DNA from: a virus
IMG/VR virus record: IMGVR_UViG_3300036818_000089
Coordinates: 1 to 64,000 of that record
Strand: one strand, 5' to 3'
Length of the DNA: 64,000 bases
Translations under genes and position numbers: made by a program
In this document: positions 35,517 through 45,140 of the stretch, piece after piece
How the letters are laid out: each line of letters starts with the position of its first letter
Position numbering within the stretch: the first letter of the stretch is position 1
Notes under the pieces: generated by a model
The model's input: only the letters and a program-made list of their open reading frames with translations
Told to the model about the DNA's origin: nothing
Database searches by the model: none

Positions 35517-36359
35517 ATGCCCGACATTGAGGAGGTCCAGGCCCTTGACGACCCGTGGGAGCGGATGCGTCGCGCACACGAGCAGGTCGTCTATCACCAG
35601 ACGCAGGGCGGCGAGTACGCGAGGATCCGGCGTGAAGCGATCGAGGACCTGATCGGCCGGAAGGTCAAGCAGGCCGACATCGCTCGGATGCTGGGAGTGA
35701 GCTCGTCGCGGATCAGCCGCCTGCTGTCCTCGGCCCCCAAGGTCGAGCGTGCGCTACTGGGCACCGGGCCTGTCACGATCTCCGTCGGCGGCAAGTGGGA
35801 AGCGGCCAAGGAAAAGCCTGAGGCGGTTGTGTCGCGGCCCATGATGCGGGCCTGCACGCTGCTGGGTTCCATGTGCGTCGACTACGAACTGGGGTTGGCG
35901 GCCGAGGACTACGAGGTCGTCCCGCCGCCGGGTCACGTGCGTTTGAACAGGGACAACTTGATCGTGATGGGCAGCCCGCGGATCCTGCCGCTAGTCGGCC
36001 AGGTCCTCGAAAGCGACGAACACCTGGCTTTCGGGTGTGGCCCCGACGGCTGGTACCTGGTCGACCAGGACAGCGACACCCCTTACCGCTCGCCCAGCGA
36101 CCGCGGTGAGGCAGCGGACTACGGCTACATCGGACGCCTGCCCCGCCCGGACGGTCGGGGAACGTTCCTGTACCTGGCCGGCATCCACGCGATGGGCACC
36201 CTCGGAACCGTGCAGTACCTGGTCAGCAACATCGAGGACCTGTATCGCGAGGTCAAGACCCACCGATGGTCAACGATCGTCGAGACCAGATACAACCCCG
36301 CCGACGGCACGATCGTCGCTGCTGAACGCGTCACACCCATCCACGTCGTTCGACAGTAA
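35517..36359 (+). CDS. sigma70-r4-like HTH regulator with C-terminal domain (divergent from transfer operon)
   Basis: QADIARMLGVSSSRISRL; YGYIGRLPRPDG.G.FLYLAGIH. Confidence 0.75.
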   Translation: MPDIEEVQALDDPWERMRRAHEQVVYHQTQGGEYARIRREAIEDLIGRKVKQADIARMLGVSSSRISRLLSSAPKVERALLGTGPVTISVGGKWEAAKEKPEAVVSRPMMRACTLLGSMCVDYELGLAAEDYEVVPPPGHVRLNRDNLIVMGSPRILPLVGQVLESDEHLAFGCGPDGWYLVDQDSDTPYRSPSDRGEAADYGYIGRLPRPDGRGTFLYLAGIHAMGTLGTVQYLVSNIEDLYREVKTHRWSTIVETRYNPADGTIVAAERVTPIHVVRQ

Positions 36360-36374
36360 AAGGGGGCAACTTGC

Positions 36375-37325
36375 GTGTTCTTCACCGGAGTAACTGATGC
36401 CGGCCAGCCGGGCAACCCAAACGAGGACTGGGTGTCGGTGACGTCCGATCTTGTCGTGGTGCTGGACGGGGCGACCGTCCGCACCGACACCGGCTGTCTA
36501 CACGGAGTCGCCTGGTACACGAGGCACCTGGGCATGGCCATCCTCGCGGCCGCATCGGACCACACGCTTCCCCTGCGCAGCATGCTGGCCGCCGCGATCG
36601 ATCACGTCGCGGGCCTGCACCCGGAGTGCGACCTTGCCCATCCGGGGACGCCGTCCGCCGCGGTGGCCATCGTTCGGATCGATGTAGACGCGGTGCGGTA
36701 CGCCGTACTCGGCGACGCCACCGTCGTCCTCGAGTCGACCGCCGGGATCGCAACGGTCAGCGACGACCGCATCTCCCGGACCGCCGCCCTCGAGCGCGCC
36801 GCGGTCGACAAGCACCCGATCGGCTCACCCGAGAAGCGGGACGCGATGGTCGCGATGAAGCACGCCGAGCTGGCAGCCCGCAACAAACCGGACGGCTATT
36901 GGATCGCAGCCGCCGACCCTGCCGCCGCAGCGCACGCGCTCGAGGGTGAGGTGCCGCTCGAGGAGGTGCGGCGGATGGCTGTGATGACAGACGGCGCAGC
37001 TCGGATTGTCGACATGTTCCACCTGGGGGACTGGCTGCATGTCCTCGACCTGCTGGGGCACCGCGGGCCGGGTGCGCTCATCCACCGGGTGCGGAAAGCG
37101 GAAGCGGACGACCCGGACGGCGAGTTCTACCGGCGAAACAAGACCTCCGACGACGCCACCGTGGTGTACGCCGCAGCTGGTGTCTGTGCTGCGCCGCGCA
37201 GCCGCGTTGAAGCCAGGGGCGCAGCAGACATGCCTGCCCTGGAGATGTTCGAACTGGTCAACTCAGGACGGCTGTACGGATCCTGCCCGACGGTCGACGG
37301 TCGATATTTCGGAGGCAGACGATGA
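36375..37325 (+). CDS. PP2C-like phosphatase domain protein
   Basis: NEDW, VVLDGAT, LGD, MTDG, DDAT motifs. Confidence 0.8.
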   Translation: MFFTGVTDAGQPGNPNEDWVSVTSDLVVVLDGATVRTDTGCLHGVAWYTRHLGMAILAAASDHTLPLRSMLAAAIDHVAGLHPECDLAHPGTPSAAVAIVRIDVDAVRYAVLGDATVVLESTAGIATVSDDRISRTAALERAAVDKHPIGSPEKRDAMVAMKHAELAARNKPDGYWIAAADPAAAAHALEGEVPLEEVRRMAVMTDGAARIVDMFHLGDWLHVLDLLGHRGPGALIHRVRKAEADDPDGEFYRRNKTSDDATVVYAAAGVCAAPRSRVEARGAADMPALEMFELVNSGRLYGSCPTVDGRYFGGRR

Positions 37326-37489
37326 CCATCACGGAGTGGGAGTAGCTGGGCACTCGGTGACGGGTCAGGGTGCTATCCAGATCGTCCAGGACATCGCCGC
37401 CCAGATGCGCCGGCCACGGGGAGATCGGCGACACGCGGCCCAGCCTGGACCAGAGGAACCGGAGGAAGGGGAACACTCCTAGAGACACC

Positions 37490-37520
37490 TCAGGCCCGGA
37501 GATGTCATCTCCGGGCCTGA
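37490..37520 (+). terminator. 15-bp-arm perfect hairpin
   Basis: TCAGGCCCGGAGATG-T-CATCTCCGGGCCTGA. Confidence 0.6.
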
Positions 37521-37594
37521 TACGAGGCGCCGCTTAACCGGAACCACCACGAACCAGTTCAGCCAAGGCGATCAGTCAGCCCTACAAGCAACCA

Positions 37595-37651
37595 ACTAGC
37601 TCACTAACTCACTAACTCACGCGGCCTAAGGCAAGGCCCCGCAACTAACTT
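37595..37651. repeat. Tandem 8-bp ACTA(A/G)CTC repeats upstream of rep
   Basis: ACTAGCTC ACTAACTC ACTAACTC (37595-37618) plus ACTAACTT (37644). Confidence 0.7.
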
Positions 37652-37731
37652 CACGCGACATGGCGAGTGTACTGGGCGCCGCTGACGTCCACCAGCGCCC
37701 TGCCGCGTGTCGAGAGGAATGACACGCCGCT

Positions 37732-38832
37732 ATGAGCCAATCGGGCCCCCGCCGCAAGGCGAACGCCGCCTACGTCCGCAAGGACCCCGCCCAGTGGATG
37801 CACGCCGGCTGGACCAGCACACCGAACTCCATCACCCGCGACCCGGACGTCCCGCCCGATGAATGCTGGGCCTGGACGTGGTTGGCCAGCATGGACGGCG
37901 AGTTCGAGGTCAGCGGCAAGAAGCTGTGGGAGGCGAAGAAGTCCCTCGCTCGCAACCGGGCCTACGACCTGCTGAACGCGTTGGAGAAGCGCGGCCTGCT
38001 GCTGCGCACCAACGAGTACGACCCGGTCGCGCAAGTGCCCTACGTCCAGTACGACCTGCAGCCGGTGCCGGTACCGGAGGAGGAGCGGACGTGGAAGCCG
38101 ACCAAGGCGACCCCCCGGCGCCGCGGCCCGCATCCGGGTTCGAAGGCGGCCCGCGAGGCGACTTCGACCTCTGCTGAAGCTGTGGACAACCCCGAAACCG
38201 CAGGTCAGGGCGGATTCCCGGCAGGGCGGGAATCCGCAGGTCGGCAGCGGACTCCCGACAGGCCGGGAATCCCTTCTGACCAGGACTTTCCCGCCCTGCC
38301 GGGAAGTAGGGTGGATTCCCGACAGGCCGGTTCCCGACAGGCCGGGAATCCCTATAAGGAAGAGAAGAAAAGTAGAGAAGAAAATCCATCTATCGAGGCG
38401 GCGGGCCACGGGCAGGCGATGGACGGATCGACGGAATCGTCGAACGAACGGGAACCGAGCCCGGCGGCGCTGGACCTGGTCCTCGGCCTGTCGTACGGGT
38501 CGCACACGCACCCCACCCAGGGCCAGGCGCGTCAGCTGGCGCTGCTCGTCGATGCGGCCCTCGCTGGCGGGCATGATCTGCGGTCGATCCGGCGTCACGC
38601 TCAGGGCAAGGTCAACCAAGCGAGGCGCAACGCTGTCGCCTACCTCACGTGCGGCCTGAGCGCCGATCAGCTCCCAGCGGTCCGGATGGACTCCCCACAG
38701 CCCGCTAGGCCCGTCACGGCGCCGTCAGGGGCCAAACCGGCGACCCTGATCGAGTCGCAGGACGACCTTTTGGCCCGTGGACTGCCCACCCAGTTCCTGC
38801 CGACCCGGCTGAAGGCAGCTGCGGGTGCGTAG
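37732..38832 (+). CDS. replication initiator (lambda O/replisome-organizer-like)
   Basis: N-terminal winged-HTH-like region, low-complexity middle with iterons, C-terminal helical domain. Confidence 0.7.
   Translation: MSQSGPRRKANAAYVRKDPAQWMHAGWTSTPNSITRDPDVPPDECWAWTWLASMDGEFEVSGKKLWEAKKSLARNRAYDLLNALEKRGLLLRTNEYDPVAQVPYVQYDLQPVPVPEEERTWKPTKATPRRRGPHPGSKAAREATSTSAEAVDNPETAGQGGFPAGRESAGRQRTPDRPGIPSDQDFPALPGSRVDSRQAGSRQAGNPYKEEKKSREENPSIEAAGHGQAMDGSTESSNEREPSPAALDLVLGLSYGSHTHPTQGQARQLALLVDAALAGGHDLRSIRRHAQGKVNQARRNAVAYLTCGLSADQLPAVRMDSPQPARPVTAPSGAKPATLIESQDDLLARGLPTQFLPTRLKAAAGA
38215..38387. other. Putative replication origin inside rep: iterons plus purine/A-rich tract
   Basis: TTCCCG-N6-CGGGAA-type repeats at 38215, 38253, 38288, 38316, 38331, then TATAAGGAAGAGAAGAAAAGTAGAGAAGAAAA. 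Confidence 0.72.
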
Positions 38833-39149
38833 CGGCGATGGGATCCTCCCGAACCGGCACCTCGGCGGTCGCCCGGCAGGTCGGCGGCTAATAGCCGCCA
38901 GGCGGCTGAACGTAAACCCGCAGGTCGGACCCAAACAGCCGCGAGGCGGCCGGACGGTGAGCCCAGCGGCAGCGGTGATGGATCTTCAGGTCGCGCTATG
39001 CTGTCCACGCCGCCTTATCTGCGGCCTTTCGGGGCCGACGCTCGGGTTTGATGACCCGTTCTGTTTGTGGTGACGGATGGGATGGCAATGGCGGCCCCAG
39101 CGAGCGAACCTAGGCGCTGGGGCCGCTCCCACGCCCACCGTGTGCGGGA

Positions 39150-39764
39150 TCAGTCGGTGGCGTCTCCCTGACCGTGCATGCCGCTGGTGTTGCGGCCGTG
39201 GTGGTACCACCACCATGTGCGTTGCGGCACGTGCACGATGCGGGCGTTTTTGGCGACGCAGCCGAGCGTGAAGGCGAAATCCTCGCCGTACCGCTGGCCG
39301 CCGATCGACTCGTCGACGGGCGGCGGGTGGAACCCGACGGCTTGGGCGAGCTCGGTGCGGACCAGGGTGGTGATGGTGGTTTGGTGCGGGTCGCTCGGGT
39401 CGAACGGTTTCCCGAAATGGCCGAGCGGGTCGGCTGTGCTGTCGCGGCCGGAGGCGTCGCGCACCTGGTAGTAGGAATACACGTAATCGGCGCCCTGCTG
39501 GGCTGTCCCGGCGAGCGCCTCAAGGTGGTCTCTCATCCATTCGTCATCGGAGTCAAGAAACGCCACCCACGGCGCCCGAACAGCCTGCAGGCCCTGGTCT
39601 CTCGTGCGCCACGCGCCGGCGCGGTGCCGGTCAACCACCACATGCAGCTCGGCCGGCTGAAGGGTCTGCGCCCACACCGACGCCACCGCCCGATCGAGCA
39701 TCCCGTTGCGGACGCGCGCCGGGTGGGCGGGGATGACAACAGCGATGTCTCCGATGTCCAACAC
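39150..39764 (-). CDS. GT2-family glycosyltransferase
   Basis: VVIPAH...L.RAVASV..QT, WVAFLDSDDEW, GEDF.F. Confidence 0.88.
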   Translation of the reverse strand: MLDIGDIAVVIPAHPARVRNGMLDRAVASVWAQTLQPAELHVVVDRHRAGAWRTRDQGLQAVRAPWVAFLDSDDEWMRDHLEALAGTAQQGADYVYSYYQVRDASGRDSTADPLGHFGKPFDPSDPHQTTITTLVRTELAQAVGFHPPPVDESIGGQRYGEDFAFTLGCVAKNARIVHVPQRTWWWYHHGRNTSGMHGQGDATD

Positions 39765-39932
39765 GTCGTGCCCTTCTGTCCGGTGTCGGGTACAGAACGG
39801 TCCCGCGTCCGACGGAAGGGGACGCGGGACCGTGTGTCGCCCTGGAGGGGCGGTCCGTGTGGTGACGGATGCAGCTGTGGTGGTTCCTGGACTGAGCCAA
39901 TCACGGCGGTCCGCCACCGGTCAGGGTGCTGG

Positions 39933-40271
39933 TCAGATCGCGTCGTAGGTGCGGTGCCAGCAGGCGGGGTGTGCGTAGAGCTGCTCTCGTGTGCCGTCCA
40001 GACCCGAGGGCATCATGGGCTTGCCCTTCCGGATCAGGTCGGGGCATTCGGAGCAGGGCATGTCGCGAGGTGCGGCGGGCGCATCACCGGGGGTGTTTGA
40101 CGCGCCCGCCGCGGTCTCGGATCGGCTCACGCAGCGGCCGAGCAGGGTAAGCGCGGGCGCGCGGTGTGCCGCCAAAGCGGCGAAGGCAACATGGGGCGAG
40201 GCCTCCCGGCAGGCGTCGGCTGTGGTGGTTCCTGTAACCAGTCTTCGGTTACGGATACACCCTGTCAACAC
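39933..40271 (-). CDS. hypothetical protein (start uncertain; C-terminal C/H-rich)
   Basis: CSEC...HPAC; divergent from XRE gene. Confidence 0.35.
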   Translation of the reverse strand: MLTGCIRNRRLVTGTTTADACREASPHVAFAALAAHRAPALTLLGRCVSRSETAAGASNTPGDAPAAPRDMPCSECPDLIRKGKPMMPSGLDGTREQLYAHPACWHRTYDAI

Positions 40272-40320
40272 TCCACGCGAGGGATCTTTACGGATAGCGG
40301 GGAGCGGCTACGCTGGTTAC

Positions 40321-41160
40321 ATGGCTGGAACCGGTGACACACCCCGCGCGCATCAGCTAGGTGCGGAAATACGGGATCTGAGGCTTGTCGCCGGTATCGG
40401 CTTCCGCGAGCTAGCCAGACAATTGGGCTACACCCACACAAAACTCAGCCACATTGAATCCGGGCGTCGAGCACCAACACCTGAAGACACCGCCACAATC
40501 CTCGCCCACCTCGGCGTCACCGACGACAAACGTGAAGAACTCCTGGCCCTGGCCCGCGCAGCAGCCGACCCCGACTGGGTAGCGCCCGGCGTCGGCAAAA
40601 CACTGGCCGCGCTGCTGGAATACGAACGCACCGCGAAACTGATCACCGAAGCCAACCAGGCCCTCATCCCCGGTCTCCTGCAAACCAGGGACTACGCCCG
40701 CTCGATCATGCTCAGTTCAGGTGCCACCACCGGGGAGGCCGACCATCGGGTAGCGATCAGGATGAGCCGCCGCGACGTCCTCGACCGCGCCGACCCGGTC
40801 ACGCTCCGCGCACTGGTCGGCGAGTACGCTCTGCGCTACCCCGCCTGCGACGCATCGGTCATGTCCGACCAGATGCGGCATCTACTCAAATGGGGAGAAC
40901 GGGAAAACGTAGAAATACGTGTCATCCCGATCGCCAGCCAATGGACACCCGTCCACAACGGGCCATTCGTGCTGATCGAATTCGAACGCCCCAACCCTGT
41001 GGTCCACCTCGAAAACTACAGGTCAGCTGTCTTCGTCACCGACAAGCGTGACGTGCGCGATTACCAGAACGCGGCGGAGAACCTCCGCCGGGCGGCGATG
41101 AACCCCGCAGCCACAACGGGGCTCATCACCGAATTGCTGAACCGATGGGAGGAGCAATAA
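40321..41160 (+). CDS. XRE HTH + DUF5753 regulator (WhiJ/Scr1-like)
   Basis: LG.EIR.LR...LSHIESGRR; IPGLLQTRDYAR; followed by DUF397. Confidence 0.92.
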   Translation: MAGTGDTPRAHQLGAEIRDLRLVAGIGFRELARQLGYTHTKLSHIESGRRAPTPEDTATILAHLGVTDDKREELLALARAAADPDWVAPGVGKTLAALLEYERTAKLITEANQALIPGLLQTRDYARSIMLSSGATTGEADHRVAIRMSRRDVLDRADPVTLRALVGEYALRYPACDASVMSDQMRHLLKWGERENVEIRVIPIASQWTPVHNGPFVLIEFERPNPVVHLENYRSAVFVTDKRDVRDYQNAAENLRRAAMNPAATTGLITELLNRWEEQ

Positions 41161-41162
41161 GG

Positions 41163-41333
41163 GTGACAGACACAATACGCTGGCGTAAGTCCACGTGTAG
41201 CAACTCCACGTCATCATGCGTCGAACTGGCACCGGAAGGTCTCGTGCGGGACAGCAAGAACCCGCACGGCCCGATACTGAAGATCCGGTGGGATGGTCTG
41301 ATCGTGGCCATCCAGAACGGCACGATCAGCTAG
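41163..41333 (+). CDS. DUF397 (BldB-like) protein
   Basis: WRKS..S....CVELA...VRDSKNP.GP.L. Confidence 0.92.
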   Translation: MTDTIRWRKSTCSNSTSSCVELAPEGLVRDSKNPHGPILKIRWDGLIVAIQNGTIS

Positions 41334-41340
41334 GACGAAA

Positions 41341-41374
41341 CGGCGCCCCCGGCCGATGCTGGCCGGGGGCACCG
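41341..41374. terminator. Hairpin between convergent DUF397 and late genes
   Basis: CGGCGCCCCCGGCC...GGCCGGGGGCACCG. Confidence 0.6.
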
Positions 41375-41391
41375 TGTTCGAGTACAGACGG

Positions 41392-42681
41392 TCACCCGCT
41401 CGGCCCATAGTTGACCATGTCGACCTGGCCCGGGATCGACTCCGACCCCCACACGTGCGCACCCTGAATCAGGAACATCAGCGAGAACGACCCATCCACT
41501 GCCAGGTCGGTTTCCTGCACGATCCACCGTGCGCTGGGTCCGTGAACGTGCCCGAAATCGCCGGACACATAGAAGCCGGAGTGCCCGTTCGGGTCCTGGC
41601 TGGGACCGTAACCGTCGGACAGATAGTTCACCAGGGCACCGTCGACCAGGCTGGCCAGATCGCATTGCGAGTCACTCCCAGTGGAGATCATGTTCAGGTC
41701 CCACACCACCAGATGGCCAGCCGCGACCTTCCCCGCGGGCAGTGTCAGCACCGTCCACGACGGCGCCTGAGTCGTCGGGGTAAGACCGCCGCCGGCAGGC
41801 CCGAACGTCAGCTTCTGCGGGCCGCTCGTCACGAACACCGGGGAGAAACCCGAACCACCGCCGCCGGCGTCCCGCCAGTCGACCCCGTCCGGGGCGGCCG
41901 CGTTGGCGGTGAGCACCTGGTTGTCGGAGCCCACCGGCAGCCGGGCCACAGTGCCTGCCCCGGACGCGACGACCAGGTCACCTTTGGTGGTGACCGTGTC
42001 GAGCGGAACCAGGCCCGCTTCGGCTGCCTCGGCACGGTCGGTCTCGGACGTCAGGTCGCCTGTGCTGGCTTTCCCGGCCAACGCAGTGGCTGTGGACGAC
42101 GCGAGCACGGCGAGGTCTGCGGCGTTCGCCTTATCTGCCTCGGCTGCCTCCGCGCGAGCGACCTCCCCTGCCAGGTCAGCCGCGGTGGCCTTGTCGCCCA
42201 GCGCGGCCGTCAAGCCGGCGACCGCAGCTTGCGGCAGCGTGCCGTCCTCGCCCAACGGCCCGGCCGGGCCGCCTGGCTGGCCGACAGAGGTCAGCGGCAC
42301 ATACAACGTGGCCGGTGGCGGCGGGTTGGGGACAGCCAAGCTGTGGATCCGGGCCAGCGTGGTCGTCGACGGGCTGGCCGGCAGAGGCGCGTGGAACCGC
42401 TCCGTCCACACATCGGTTTGGATCGACCACTCGTACAGCCAGTTTTGCTGGCTGAAGTCGGGGTCGTCCGTGGCGGGCAGGCTCGGCGGGTCACCGACGA
42501 ACACGCCGTCGCTGATGACGAACGTCACGGCTTCGCCCGGGCCGAGGACGTACCCGTCGACGGGCACGTCCAAGGCCACGGGGATCGCGGCCCGCGCGGT
42601 GCCGGTAGCCAAAGCACCGGTCACCGGGTGGGCGATGATGCCGCCCACGGTGACCCGGGAGATCGACGGTGGCTCCGACAC
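41392..42681 (-). CDS. putative tail-fiber/structural protein
   Basis: VGQPGG.A..L..DG, KA..ADL repeats, TTKGDL.VA.GA..VARL.VG...QVL.A segments typical of fibers. Confidence 0.55.
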   Translation of the reverse strand: MSEPPSISRVTVGGIIAHPVTGALATGTARAAIPVALDVPVDGYVLGPGEAVTFVISDGVFVGDPPSLPATDDPDFSQQNWLYEWSIQTDVWTERFHAPLPASPSTTTLARIHSLAVPNPPPPATLYVPLTSVGQPGGPAGPLGEDGTLPQAAVAGLTAALGDKATAADLAGEVARAEAAEADKANAADLAVLASSTATALAGKASTGDLTSETDRAEAAEAGLVPLDTVTTKGDLVVASGAGTVARLPVGSDNQVLTANAAAPDGVDWRDAGGGGSGFSPVFVTSGPQKLTFGPAGGGLTPTTQAPSWTVLTLPAGKVAAGHLVVWDLNMISTGSDSQCDLASLVDGALVNYLSDGYGPSQDPNGHSGFYVSGDFGHVHGPSARWIVQETDLAVDGSFSLMFLIQGAHVWGSESIPGQVDMVNYGPSG

Positions 42682-42762
42682 GGCGGCCTGCCCTTCCTTA
42701 TGCGACGTCGGGGTCTTGTGGTGGCCAGTCCGGGGCGACGCGCCGCAGGCTGGGTAACCGTG

Positions 42763-43173
42763 CTAGCGCTGGTCGGGGATCTCGTCCCCACCGGACAGGC
42801 GGGATCCGGCGGGTGGAGTCGACGTCGATCGGGACCCAGGTACCGGAGATGCTTCGATACCCGGGCCCGGTCGGTCCGACCGTGCTGCGGTGTAGACGGG
42901 TGCGGCCGCGTAACCCAACGCGAGGGTGATGAGCCATCCCGGGACGCGGGGTTCCAGCCACCGCCACAGCCCGTACCACCCGGCGGTAAGGACCGCCGTC
43001 ATCGCGGCGACGACCAGGTCGTGCACGCGGGCCAACACGATCAGCGGCAGGCCGAGCCCGACCAGCCACGACACGGCGAAACCCCACGCCACTGGAACGA
43101 CGGTGCGGATGAGGCTGATGGCCCCATCGGACAGCGGCTGGTCCGGGTCCGGCCCGGCGATGTGCTGCGACAT
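42763..43173 (-). CDS. holin
   Basis: SLIRTVVP..W; 2-3 TM helices; directly after endolysin. Confidence 0.75.
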   Translation of the reverse strand: MSQHIAGPDPDQPLSDGAISLIRTVVPVAWGFAVSWLVGLGLPLIVLARVHDLVVAAMTAVLTAGWYGLWRWLEPRVPGWLITLALGYAAAPVYTAARSDRPGPGIEASPVPGSRSTSTPPAGSRLSGGDEIPDQR

Positions 43174-44177
43174 CACGACGCTCCCTTCGGGGTGACCAAC
43201 ACGTTGAACCCGTTTCCGAGGTAGACCTCCATGTCCTTCGCGACCTCGTCGGCCATCGCCGCGACCTGCGCGTCGGATACCTCAACGTCGGGCGCGGCGA
43301 GCGCGGCCTGTAGGGCAGCGACCTTGGTTGCCAGATCAGCCAGCGCGTTCTGCTGGGACTGGTCGAGGGCGATGTCCTGCTTGATCAGCGTCGACAGCGT
43401 GGACACGGCGGAGGCGAGTAGGCCGCGGAACGCGAAGATCTCGGCGTTCGTGCGTCCCTGCGGGTTGCCGCCTGGGGTGGAGTTGCCGACCAGCAGGTCG
43501 TGTGCGGCCGATGCGATCTCGGCGGACTGCTGCGCGGTGAGCTTGTTGATGGGACTGGTCACGGTTGGCTCCAGAGTGAATAGTCGGTTGGACAGGTCGC
43601 AGGTGACGCCGCCGATCACGCGGGTGACGGGTGTCGCCGGGCCGTCGGCTGCGGTAGCGGGTCCGCCCTGGCGCTGCCAGAAGGTGGCGACGTCAGCGGT
43701 GCCGGTGCGCGAGGGCGCGGGCCCGGCCTGCCAGGCGATCGGCGCGAGCCCGGCCTTGGCGCACGCGGCGAGGAACGCCCCGAACCCGTACGGGCCGACC
43801 GTGAACCGGAACGGGGTGAGGACGTCGTGGAAGCCCTTCACGTACTCGATGTCGGCTTGGTTGAACCCGGGCTTGTCGTTGGCGGCGAACACCATCGTGA
43901 CGGGTGGCTGTCCGGCAGTGATGTTCCGCAGGTCGGTCAGGGCGATCGCTGCGTTGGCCCGCCCGGTGGCGTACCCGCCGTCGGCGTCGGTGGTGGTGCG
44001 TTCGACAACGGCGATGGTTTTGCGGCCGTGCGCGAGGTGGTCGGCGTACTCGGCGTGGGTGAGGCGTTTGCCGCTGCCGCCGAGCCCGACGTAGCGGATG
44101 GCGCCTTCGATCCCGGCCGCCCGCATGGACGCGCCGGACACGGTGCCGCCGCTGTAGTCGATCCACACTGTGGTCAC
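43173..44177 (-). CDS. endolysin (DUF1906/GH25-like glycoside hydrolase domain)
   Basis: IDYS...AG..G.IRY, KRLT..E, GPYG, CD; lysis-cassette position. Confidence 0.78.
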   Translation of the reverse strand: MTTVWIDYSGGTVSGASMRAAGIEGAIRYVGLGGSGKRLTHAEYADHLAHGRKTIAVVERTTTDADGGYATGRANAAIALTDLRNITAGQPPVTMVFAANDKPGFNQADIEYVKGFHDVLTPFRFTVGPYGFGAFLAACAKAGLAPIAWQAGPAPSRTGTADVATFWQRQGGPATAADGPATPVTRVIGGVTCDLSNRLFTLEPTVTSPINKLTAQQSAEIASAAHDLLVGNSTPGGNPQGRTNAEIFAFRGLLASAVSTLSTLIKQDIALDQSQQNALADLATKVAALQAALAAPDVEVSDAQVAAMADEVAKDMEVYLGNGFNVLVTPKGAS

Positions 44178-44308
44178 GGCGCCTCCCGTGCGGGAGCGCG
44201 ACGCCAGGAGACACGGCCGTCGAGGAATTCGAACGCCAGCCAGTCCGGGCCTTCGGCGTGCACGAGCACGTCGTGCCCGTCCTCGCGGCGGATCGTCGGC
44301 GCGGCCAT
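44174..44308 (-). CDS. 44-aa hypothetical peptide
   Basis: Translationally coupled on both sides. Confidence 0.45.
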   Translation of the reverse strand: MAAPTIRREDGHDVLVHAEGPDWLAFEFLDGRVSWRRAPAREAP

Positions 44309-45108
44309 CAGCTCACCCGCTTCACGGTCCAGAAGTCCGAGGACAGCCGCGAGTCGGTCAGGTAGGCGTAGGGCAGCGTGAACAGCCCGCCCTTGCCCCA
44401 CCCGGTGCCCCACGAGTTGCGGCAGATCCACCGCTGGATCGCGTCGTCGTAGCCCACCGCGACAACGCAGTGCCCGCCGAGCTGCTCCTCATCCCGGCTG
44501 GGCATCGGGACGGTGCCGGTTTCGGCGACCTGCCGGGACTCGAAACTGGCGTACACAGTGAACCCGAACACGACCGGTGTGCCACCGGCCAGCACCGCCT
44601 TGATCTGGTCCGCCTGCTGCGGCACGCGTTCGTACACGACAGCCTCGGTGCCCGATGCGGCCGCGTAGCACGCCGAGGTCGGCTTCTGGCCGGCGCGGTG
44701 CCCAGCCGGCCACGACCCGTCGCTGTTGGCCGCCTCGCCGTCGTAGGGCCACTCGGCTTCTGGGCACACGCCCTGCTTCGCGACCGAGCGGACACCATCG
44801 CGGATCTGCGCGCCGGAGTCCGAGCCGACGCTCTTCTCCATCGCGCGCTCGTTGTAGTAGATGAACAGGCGCGACGGCATGAAGTCGGCGAGGTTCTGCT
44901 TGCGCATCTCGTACTCGACTGCCGCGCCGATGCCGTTCGCCGTGCACGACCCGATCTGCTGCTGGTCGTAGATCGGCGGCATCGCAGGGTCGGTGGACAG
45001 GTCCGCCGCTGCGGGCAGGTGGGCCAGCGTCTCTGGCGCTGCCGTGCGTACGCGGTCGCGGTGGTCGGGTAGATCCGCGACCCAGCCGTATCGTCTGTCG
45101 GTTCGCAT
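44308..45108 (-). CDS. C1A papain-family cysteine peptidase (xylellain-like)
   Basis: DQ.QIGSCTA, SRLFIYYNER, GGHCV..VGYDD, CRNSWG..WG. Confidence 0.92.
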   Translation of the reverse strand: MRTDRRYGWVADLPDHRDRVRTAAPETLAHLPAAADLSTDPAMPPIYDQQQIGSCTANGIGAAVEYEMRKQNLADFMPSRLFIYYNERAMEKSVGSDSGAQIRDGVRSVAKQGVCPEAEWPYDGEAANSDGSWPAGHRAGQKPTSACYAAASGTEAVVYERVPQQADQIKAVLAGGTPVVFGFTVYASFESRQVAETGTVPMPSRDEEQLGGHCVVAVGYDDAIQRWICRNSWGTGWGKGGLFTLPYAYLTDSRLSSDFWTVKRVS

Positions 45109-45140
45109 GCCTGGTGTCCTTTGGTGGTTGTGGTGACGGA

